Assembly: GCA_013239625.1 (NCBI GenBank)
Contig: MU053994.1
Coordinates: 2,113,589-2,177,588 of the forward strand
Direction: 5' to 3'
Source of the DNA: Lama guanicoe
Taxonomy: Eukaryota
Length of the DNA: 64,000 nt
The notes below the pieces were generated by a model. That model was given only the letters and a program-made list of their open reading frames with translations, did no database searches and was not told the origin of the DNA. Position 1 is the stretch's first letter; every line of letters begins with the position of its first letter. Both the position numbers and the translations under genes were made by a program. Positions 53,995-64,000 of the stretch are shown in pieces.

Positions 53995-54719
53995 ACTAAA
54001 TGGAGATGTTCTTGATCCTAACATCTGAGAAGTCTTTTCCAGCCCCACACAACTAAGACACAGAACCTAACGATCGTGTGTCCGATCAATAAGCCATCGT
54101 GAGCAGCTGGTAGGTGAGAACACCTCGCTATATAATGTGGCCCCTGCTTTTCAAGAACTTACAACTGAGCTGAGGAGATAAGATGTAACTGAGCAACCAA
54201 ATGATACGTTTTGTGGCTGTGACGAAAGCACAAAGGCAAATGGGAGGATTCAACTTCAACGTAGTCTGGGAGGGCTCTCTGGAGGAGGTGTGCCTGGAGC
54301 CGGGCGTCAGAGTGAGAAAGGAGATCACTGCAGGGGGAGAGGTCAGGGAGCTGAGGCTCCCTCAGCGGGCAGGGGGGCGTGGGTGGGCAGCGAGAAGCCT
54401 GGGGCTGCCTGGCAGGTATGCTTGTGGCAAATGGAAACCAGCGTAATCTGGAGGGGGTTGGGAGGCTTGATGTTTGAAGCTCGATCCAGATTTTTATTCT
54501 CTCGGTTTCCAAAAGCTACTGTCATTAAAGATCAAGGACTACATTTCAGCTTTTCCTGAAAAGTACAAGAAAACCACGTGCTTTCATTTCCCATGGCATC
54601 AGCTAACATTTTCCCCGCAGTGGTTTTACAGGAGACACTCAGGATGGTCTTCAAGGGAGAAAAATACTTTGTTTCTGCCCTTTAGGAGCTTGAAATCGCA
54701 TAGGGTCCACCAGAAGCCC

Positions 54720-55340
54720 AAAAGTCCAGGTGCTGGCAAGGGAAATTCTCCTACTGAGCTGTGGGGGTATAAACTGGCACGACCACTTTGGAAAACCTTT
54801 TGGCGCTATCTATTAAAGCCGAACACAGGCCCGGTGACTCAGCTCCTGGGTACACATACACCCAGCAGACATGTATCCATCTATTCATCAGAAGGCATGT
54901 ACACAAGTGGTCATAGTGGCATTGTTCGTAACAGCCCCAAATGCCCATCAACCATAGAATAGTAGAGAAATAAAATGTGGTGTATTCACACAGTGGAATA
55001 CGCCACAGCAGAGAGGATGAGTGAACCACACGGCACACAGTATGGATGGATCTTATAAGCATAATATAGAACAAAAGGAGTCAGACATGCAAAAAGTTCA
55101 TACTGTAGATTCCGTGTCTCTAAAGGACCAAATCAGGCAACGCTAATCATTCTATGAGGAGTTAGGTTAGGAGTTATCTCTGGGGCCATGGTACTTGGAA
55201 GGGGGCCCGAGGGGATTTCTGTGATGCTGGCGATGTTTTGTTTCCTGATCCGGGTACTGGTAATATGGGTGTGTTCATCAAGCCCGACACTAATGATATG
55301 CGTGCTTTTCTGTACAGCTATTCTGTGTCAATAAAAAGTA
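54720..55340 (+). mobile_element. L1M-type LINE 3' fragment (about 620 bp)
   Basis: tataaactggcacgaccactttggaaaac...gcattgttcgtaacagccccaaatgcccatcaac...gtggtgtattcacacagtggaatac...atggatggatctt...aataaaa. Confidence 0.85.
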
Positions 55341-56587
55341 AATCCTTCTCATCATCTAACGGGGAACGAAGGCGGAAGGCAGAGAAGGGCTGCTAGGATA
55401 GAGTTGCCAAGAGATTTACGCTGAGAGTGACAAAGACATGAAGCCGGGGGAGGCTCAGACATGGATAAGTTCAAGGTGGACCCAGTTAAATCCAGCAAAG
55501 TTGTCAGTGAAAGCAGAGACCAAGTTGCAGTTTCAGGAATGCCCGCGCACACCCTGTAATGGTGGCTGGTCCAAGAGGCGATTACATCCAGCTGGTCCCC
55601 CTTCCCGATCTAGGCTAGGATTAGTTACAGAAGATGGATCACCTCACACACCTTCGGAGACAGGAGGCAGAATTCCCCCAAATAAAAAATGGCCTGAATC
55701 CTCTTGGGGCCCCACCATCCAACGTCAGCCCCAGTGCTCCATTCTCTCTTCTTACAAGATGTAAATCTTGATGCAGCCACCTTGAATTTTTATACCACCT
55801 TTTTTTTATAGCCACCTTTGATTGGAATCACTTGGGGCAAAGGCGATTAGACTCCATTAGATTTCGGAATCAACTGAACAATGAGCTCTCCTTCCTAAAG
55901 GGAAGGGCCAGGTTCCAGTAGTTGGTTTGCTGCAGAGCCATGGAGGAACCATTGAAGGGTGGCCCAATTTTAAACATCATCACTTTTTGAAGAGACATTA
56001 GGCATCCTTCCCACATTATTCAAAGACGGCACGAGAAAGGCAGGGCAGGGCTGGCGGGAAAGGAGCTGTAAGAAAGAGCTGGAATCTTTGACCTACTCCC
56101 TTATACCATCAGTGCATGAAGGCATGTCCTAGGCAGCCATTGAGACCAGTTGATGAATGTTTAGTCTAGTAGAGTTAGGCCCAGTGGTGACACTTCCTGG
56201 GTCTTACTCCAGATTTGTGTCACTCCAAGACATGCTCAGAGGCCACCAAGGACACCTGCTAGGTCTAGGGTCTCCTCTGGTCTTTCCCACCAGTGCCCCA
56301 TCCCCGCAGAGGAAGCCCAGGCAGGAAGACAGGTCTCCATCATGGCCTTCTTCTCTCTCAGCATTGGGCCGGCCTGTGGTCCATCTTCCGGGGTTTCCTG
56401 AGGGGGTCAGCCATGATCCAGAAGCCTCTGGTCCCATCATAATCTACCTTGGGGATGCTAATGTGTAATTATTGCATGGATTTATTAAATCTAAGACAGA
56501 AGATGCCAGCAAAGGCAGTTATATCATTTACGTGTTTGTATATATAAGTGTCATAGCTAGAGATACATAGTTTGGGTTTGAACCATC

Positions 56588-57053
56588 TGTTTCAGATTGC
56601 ACTACTGCTCCCAAGTCCTCACCCCACCCTGTATCCATGCCCTTTGCCATGTGACTTTACAATTCATCCCTCTAGAGGTGAAGTGGACCTCCCCATCCCT
56701 GCGATGTCAGGCCACAAATGTCCTTTAGCCAATAGAACGTAAGCTGAGGTAACAAGCTCTGAGTCTAGGACTTGAGTCATTGCATTCCTACTCTGCAGCC
56801 TCTCACACTTCTGCCATTGCCATGAGAACATGTCCCAGGTAGCCCACTTGTCCCTGGGGGATGAGAGACCCATAGAGCCGACTAGACACAACCCATACTT
56901 GGAGTCAAGCCGAGTTGGGTACAGTTGAGATCAGCTAACCACGAGTGATCCACAGACATGGATGTGAGAAATAAATGCTTACTGATGTCAACTGCTAAGT
57001 GTGGGGGTAGTAGTTTGTTATACAGCATCATTATGGCAAGTACTGACTGATAC
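56588..57053 (+). mobile_element. Old MaLR LTR (MLT1H/I/J-like)
   Basis: ccatgccctttgccatgtgacttt...tttagccaatagaa...ctgccattgccatgagaacatg...gtgagaaataaatgcttactg...gtttgttatacagcatcattatggcaagtactgactgataca. Confidence 0.8.
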
Positions 57054-57167
57054 ACTACCTAAACACTTTATTCCATCAGTGCATAATCTACCATCTAAAA
57101 GAACATCCCATCTCTCTCTCCTTACCCTTCTTAATTCTCCATAGACTTATCACAACCTGAAATGTTT

Positions 57168-57226
<59 letters not shown>
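57168..57226. repeat. (TA)8(TG)21 compound microsatellite within an L2-like fragment
   Basis: Directly visible; L2-like flanks about 57060-57365. Confidence 0.9.
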
Positions 57227-57229
<3 letters not shown>

Positions 57230-58509
57230 GCTCATGTACTTATTCTCTTTCTCCAGTAAAACAAAATTGTATGATGGCCAAGATACTGTTTTGCTCCCTG
57301 CTATAAACGCCCAAAACCTTGGTAGGTGCACAGTGGGAGTTAAATAATTGTGTGAAATGGATGGATAGTTCTTTTTGTCTTCAGTTAATATGCCTCGTCT
57401 AATTTATGTTGCTCTGTGCAGCACAACGACTTGGTGATAGGCAAAGGTGAGGAAGAAAACATTCTGTGGAGAAAAATCTGCCAACAGGAGACCTCTGTTT
57501 ATTGCCCCTGATGCAGGATGAGGGTTTCTTCCTCAAGGAGCCACTCCCAGTGATCAGGGCCCTCGGAAACCACTGCAGACCTCCAGAACTGTGACAAGTT
57601 GGCAGGTGGTTTGGCCAGTGCCATCCAATGTCTGTCACCCGTCTGTCATTTCTGTCACCCGTCTCAGGGGCTATCCTCAACCTGAGGAGGTTTGTGTGTG
57701 TCAGTTCAAGTGGCAGGGGGGGCACTTCAAAGGGACTGATGTGGCTTCCAAGAGCCATCAGAACGTTTGACTCTCTGGCATTGTGCCAGCATCACATGTT
57801 AATTAAATTATATGGCAGAAACACCAGTGTCAGAGCCTCACATTAGGTGCAGTATTTTATAGCACAGAGCAAAGTATACCTTTAAACAAATGTCTTTATC
57901 TTTCCTGTGCCCTCTCTTGCTTCTGGCTCTTAAGAGAGCCACCATTCAGCACTGCCCACGTGAATAGCATCCCAGACAACTTTGTCTGAGGGTTGGTCCA
58001 TAGGACCAGCTCGGGTTTGTCGGGGGGTGGGTGTCCCTGGGATCACATCCACTTGCTCTATCTGACCCTCAACTCAGGCCTGAAACAGGCTTTTGTAAGC
58101 CTGGAACTCCCTGAGGGAGGATGTATTTTTCCTGGCTTTGTCCCAAAAGTCAGTGCTAGCTCTTTCTTCGAAGATGGTTCTATCAGCAGGGCAGCAACTA
58201 GCCAGGCTAGAAAATGGGGAGGGAAAAAAAAAAAAAGACTTTCCCTCCAAATGTCTTTTTAATAAGCACGGCTAGAAGCTCGCTGTGAGTGTGAAAACTG
58301 GCCCTGGGAAGCCCCCGGCTCCGAGCAGAGCTGAGCGCGGGCAATTCTCTCAGCCGGGCGGGGAAGGATGAAGCCACATTCCCGGGTTTCCTCGGGCCTC
58401 TCTCGCGGTTACCAATGAAAACTCGCAGGCTGTGAACTCGGGGCCAGATGACTCACGTGCAATCACCAAAGCAAAGTTGATACCAGATGTGTCTGTCTCG
58501 TCTCCCCAA

Positions 58510-58705
58510 TATCTATTAAGCACCTTTTATACACCAGGCATGATTTTATGTGCTTTATCTCCCTCAACTAACTTAATTCTCCCAGCGTTATGAAATCTGC
58601 TGTATCCCTTTCCATTTTATAGATGGGCACAGTGAGGCGCCCAGAGTAATTGCCTAAGGCCACGCAGCTAGTCAAGGTCTGCAAGGAACCAGGGCAGTCT
58701 GACTG
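58510..58705 (-). mobile_element. MIR SINE
   Basis: tattaagcacc...ccattttatagatgggcacagtgaggc...ttgcctaaggccacgcagctagt. Confidence 0.75.
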
Positions 58706-61700
58706 CGCCCTCCCTACCAGCTATGGTGTAGTCTTGGCTCCCACGAGCCAGGCGCACTGATAAGGTGGCGGGGGCCATGGGGAGAGGACCCTGTCCAAGC
58801 AATGTCTCCACGAGGGCCAAATACTCCTAAGTAACATTTTGAGATAAAGTTAAATTAATTCAGCTCTTTGAAGGGGTTTTGAATTCTTTCCAAGGGTAGG
58901 CGCGTTGAATAATAAATATAGCACTTTTGAAAATTTACCATCGTATATGGGTGTTCATTGTATTGTTTCGATTTTTCTGTGGGTTTAGGATTTTTTTCAA
59001 AATAAAATTTAAAAGGAATTTTTTTAAGAATTACCCTTAATAGACTATCCTGGGAAGGGTAAGTAAGAAACCGGGAGCGGTGACTGCCCCGTAGAGAGGC
59101 AGACTGGGTGACTGAGGAACAGGACCAGGAGAGGCGCACCTTTGATAGCCTTAGAATTCTGTGGCACAGGCAGGTGTTCCTGTAACATCTGCCGCTAATG
59201 TGACATCGTCTGGATGGAATCTCGGGAAAGAAAGCACAAAACTCTGGGTTCCCAAGTCCCAATCCAGCAGGTGGGCCGCTCAGAGTGTCGGGGAATCTTT
59301 GGTTATCCAGCTGTAAGTGGAAAGTGGGCAGAAACACACCATCCACTCTTTGGCTTGAAAAATATGTGCTTCTGGAGGAAAAGCAAGGGGGTGGGTGGCA
59401 CTGCTTCTCGGGGCTTTAGGTCGTGTGAGCACAGGGAGGCTTTCTGCCACATCGGGCTTATGTCTCTCGGGGAGACTGTAAATTCTCCAAGGAGGCGATG
59501 GGGTCTGGTAGCCTGGGGTCTCCCCTGGCCACCCCCAACAGCTGCAAGCACCGCGCTCAACAGACAAGGGGGCTGTATGGAATGCTTGCTGAATGACTGA
59601 GCCGTGCTCACTTTGGGTCACGGGCCACGTGGCGCTATGCTCTCCCCATGACATGTGTGAGTACATCCTGGGACCTGGATGTCACACTTACCACGACTTA
59701 GCTGTGCTTCCCAGCCTTGATATACGGAGAACGTGATGATACTTTTACAATGCACAAGGGTAAACGGTGACCAAGTGTTCACCAAGGCCCAACTGGGCTG
59801 CTCAAGGCCTGAAGCTACCAGTCAGGGGACCTCCCCCCAACCACCTAAATGGGGAGAGGGCAGGCTGAAGGGGCTGCTAAGGGGCAGCAGGGCTTCCCGG
59901 GGTCCGGGCTGGGTTTGAGGGTGTGCCCCGGTCTGGGGGGCGACGCGGGCCCAAGTGGTGGGCTGGACTGGCAGGCTGCCAGCTCCAGCTGGCCCACAGC
60001 CAGGAAGTCTGACTGAACTTGGGCCAGCCCTGTTGGCCCACAGACTCTGTAAGCTGAACTGCTCTGGCGCTCCTTGGCCTTTGTTTTCGCTTCCCCACCG
60101 CTCTCCCTTAGTGTTTAGGAATGTGCTTTGAAGGTTCCAGCGTGTTTCGCCTCTGCTTAGGGAAACCAAGAGCAGAGGCTGGGCTGAGGCCAGATGGCTG
60201 CAGGGAGGGCACCTGTGATCACACTGCGAGTGCCCCCAAGGGGCAGGTGGAATCCGGGGGGCACAGAGCGGGCTGGGGGGGGCGCTTAAGCCAGCCCCCT
60301 TTCTCTGCTGGGAGACTGTTTTCCAGCGTAAACCTTGGAGAGTCTCGGGTTTGTTTTGTTAAGGGAGGCAGTATTCCCTCACCAGCTCTCCCAGAGAGCC
60401 TACATTTGTCCGGGAGCTTTTGGGGGATAAGCTACACTCTTGTGTTTGTCCAGAGCAAGAGAGACAACTGCAAGGCGGGCTCGAGCTGGAAAATTTGCCT
60501 CCTCGATTTGCAGGAGACCCACTTTCCCGGGCTGCCTTGGGAAACACAGTCAGGCCCTCCAACAAAAGCCACGGGAAGGGCCCTGGTCCAGATGGCCCTC
60601 TCTCGCCACCTCTGCCCCTAGGAGAGGGGTCTTATATCCAGGCTGCCCTCCTGTCAACCTCGCGGTGGGCTGAGTTTAAAAGTGGAGCCGCGAGCGGTGG
60701 GCTCCCTTCTTCCCTTCCCAGCCCCCTCGCCCACTGTCCTTCATGGCCTGTCACCCCCTACTCACCTGCTCGGTCCTTTGAGGGTTCGGAGTGTGGTGGC
60801 CTCGGAGGCCCAACGCAGTGCTTTGTACACAACAATTGCTTAATAAATGCCAAATGACAAAAATACCCAGTCCTCGTCCATGACCAAGAGCACCCTGGGT
60901 CTCTCTCTAACCAGAAGTCGTTCTCCACCTCTGATTCCATTTCCCAAAGCTGGGAGCTCTGGGTTCTGATCTTACTTTTGCCACAGATGTGTCACCTTGA
61001 GCTGGTTTCGTCACCCTCTGAACTGATTTCCTCAGCTGGACTGAATGGGGGCTTGATCAAAGCCCTGCCAGCTGAGGTCTGCACACACATTCCTGGGTGC
61101 CCGGCTGTCACTTTAAGCCCTGGTGGGGCCATTTCTAAACCACGCGGGCCCAGGTCTTACTGGGGTCCCTGGCCTTCGGTTGAGGATGCTTCCTCCACTT
61201 TTCCACGGTCCGTTTAGCTTCACAACACACACCTGGTCCTTGGGCTCCTGACACGTCTGCTCCTTTCTGTCCTCACAGCCATTTATACAGCTCGAGCTCC
61301 CGCGTGCGACGGGGCCATGGCACATGAGCAATAACTCCCATGCCACAAGGGCACCCGAGTCATTTTTCTGCAGCTAGCATTGTCTGTTTGGAGCTCCAGA
61401 AGACCTCCCTCCTGCCTGGTGGTGACACAGGCCCTGTTTAGTTATGTGTGGGCTCTGGGCTTTTTTTTTTCCCCTTCCTAATTTCCATTTCTCCTTGATT
61501 TCAGCACCACGAGAGCTAAAGGTGCATTCAGAGGCTCTGCTGAGGATAAACATAAAGTGTGTTCTGAGAGATCGCTTCCTGTCTCTCTCAGAAGATTCAA
61601 CCCCCCAGCTTCCCCTCAACCTCCATATATTTAAAGCACATGGCCCTGGATAGAGTTCAATTAGGCACCAATGCACCCAGGGGCTAGGACCAAGGACCCC

Positions 61701-63454
61701 TCTTGGGCTGAGCAAATGGGGCCCAGCCCCGGCGCAGGAGCCTGCAGCCAGCCTCCCCTGGCTGGTTAGTGATGGGCTTCCAGCAGGTAGAGGAGGCTGT
61801 CCGTTCTCAGCTAATGATCGCCTTAGGCGCCAAGTGATGGAAAATCCAGGCGGGCTGGCGAGCTGCAGGGCGCAGCCAGGGACAATTGTATGGACCAGTT
61901 TAACAGGGCTGGGGGAGGGATGGCAGAAGGAATGCTCTGTGTGTGCATGTGTGTGTGTTTCCTGGTCTCTTTTCTCTCCCTGCTGCCTTTCCCTCGTTCT
62001 TGATCTCGCTTTCGGTTTTCTGTTCTGTTTCTAGCCCACGCGAGTTGAAATTAGAAAGGTCTTTGCATTCATTTATTTGTTTTAATAAAGACAGCATTTT
62101 TTAAGCGGCATATTCGCAGCAATTGAGTGCTAAACTAAACACCAAGCCAACTAAATGTGTTAGGGGGAAATGAAAAGTCAGTTTACAAGAAACATGTAAT
62201 TAACACGTTCTCTGACTTTCCCTAAGCCTTTGTCTGGCTGAGGACAAGACAGAGGAACCATAATCAACTTTAATAAAATGAAAGATGGTATCGAGGCAAA
62301 AGGGGAACAAAAAAGTTTGGAGTAGGAAACAATGTTCAAGAGGGGATTCTTGAGTTAATAAGAAATATGTGAAAAAACGAATCTTTTGTTGCCTTATTTT
62401 TAGTCAACAGCCATTTTCTCCTAACTACAAAGGCTCCAGAAGGCTCTAGTTTGTACGGTACCTGTTAACAGCAACTGAAGCCCAGACCTGGAGGGGGGCG
62501 GGGGAAGGTAGTACAAGGAACCAGCAGGAGACGCATGGGGGTTTCCGGAGGCTGATCTGCCCAGGCTAATGGAAATTACTATTGCACAACACCAGAGTCT
62601 TCACGTGGCCTGACTTCCAATAAACTGTTCCCCTCCTCACCCCTTGGAGAAAGTGAAATAAGACATTAGACTTTCAATAATCTCATATGGTGATGATCAA
62701 TCAAAACCCAGAGGAGAAGGCCAATTTATAGAAATTGTATCTGCTTCACTGGGCGGCTGGAACCAGGGAGCTGATAAGAACACTGTGCTCGCCTTTGATG
62801 TGTGAAGTTGCCCCCAAATGATAAATGTCAAAAAAAAAAACATTACCTGTACACATGGGGGCTTTTCAAAGGGAGAGGGGTCTCCGGAGAGGCCTGCAGA
62901 TCACGGTAGAGACTGCCTGCCGAAAGGCAAAGCACATGTATAGGCCACATAAGAACGATTTATTTTTATTGTCTTTTGGCTATTTTAAGTTGGCGTTTCC
63001 ATCTTTCTTGTTTGTATTATCGCCAATGAAGTTTATTTGCCGAATTAACTTTTAATAGATCCTCTACTTTGTTCTTCAAAGTTGGCTTCTAGGGCTTGGG
63101 CCTTTTTAGCAGGGACCCCTCTCGCCTTTGTGACCAGCTCTCATCCCCCTCACCCCATCCCAATCCTGGAGGTGAAGGGCTCAGCCTCTGTTAACTCCTT
63201 GCCTGCTGGTGTCTTTTCTCTGTAGCTACTAATCACCTCCTTTTGATCATTGCCAAGTTCTCAGGTTGAAGGAAGGAGAAAGGACCTCTTGACCATTCTG
63301 GCTGGCTTTCCACATGAGCCTGAAAATGTCGACAAATTTGAAACATCTGCCGGGCTGCTTTGGTCTGATTGCTAAAATATGCCGACCTCAAGCCCCCTCC
63401 CCCCCGCCCCTTTTAATCTGTTTCATATTCACAAATTAAGCATTTAGTCTGGGT

Positions 63455-64000
63455 AATAAATCAGGGCGGTTTACGAGGCTCACACGAGACAAACAAGCGA
63501 GTAGGGCGCAACACAAGCCCCTGGAAGCGGCGTGCGCGGAGCTGCCAGGAGTCGGGAGCTCCACGCGCTCGAACGCGGAAAGCAGCCCTGGCGCGCCCTG
63601 ACACGCCGCCAGCACCCACACTCTGGCCGGTCCCCGAGCTGGCGGAGCGGAGGGGTGCAGGGGAGCAGCTCCAGCCGGGGCCCATACCCCACCAACCTTC
63701 CGCGCGAGCCCGCGGCGCCAGGCCCGCCCCAGCTCTGGGTAACTCGGCGCCCCCGCCCCGCCAGGGAGGGGCCGCTGGCAAAGGCGACAGCCTCAACCGG
63801 CACACACCCTGTGGTGGGCCCATTAAGCCTCTCCCAGCCGGGAAGACTGGATGCCCCCTCCCCCACCTCTTCCATCCGGCAGAGCTCGGCCTTAAAGATC
63901 CCAGGCCCACACTCTGAAGCAATACGAAAGATCCCCCTGCACATCCACGTGTAACCTCCACTAAGCCTGGGCGCTGGGCATCGCACCGCCTCCCACCCCC
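63455..64000. promoter_or_regulatory. CpG island (runs off right edge)
   Basis: Abrupt rise in CpG density, GC boxes ccccgccccg; preceded by a repeat-free AT-rich block. Confidence 0.75.

Overview
Mammalian genomic DNA containing the 5' part of BCOR (BCL6 corepressor, X-linked in studied mammals) on the minus strand. Two tRNA-derived SINEs resemble the camelid family as I recall it, so the source is probably alpaca or camel (inference). Coding exons read directly with GT-AG boundaries: exon 2 (ATG at 6910), exon 3, the 2841-nt exon 4 (BCL6-binding peptide and a PLDLS motif), the 54-nt cassette exon 5, and exon 6. The gene continues past the left edge. A non-coding first exon with its donor at 25677 lies in a cluster of CpG islands (about 18.5-38.2 kb) interrupted by three assembly gaps. 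About 39-61 kb is ordinary repeat-rich DNA (MIR, L2, L1M, MLT1, MER5, SINE), and another CpG island starts near 63.45 kb. Nearly all other ORF-track entries are GC-rich or repeat-derived noise. I found no convincing novel gene system. The most interesting signals are candidate RNA-processing switches around exons 4-5 (intronic poly(A) site with hairpin-embedded UGUA motifs, intron-4 read-through, in-frame alternative donor), candidate extra 5'UTR exons and a uORF, POU/SOX/ESRRB motif clusters, and a triple-nested transposon. Comparisons to human BCOR and repeat family names come from memory, not from searches.
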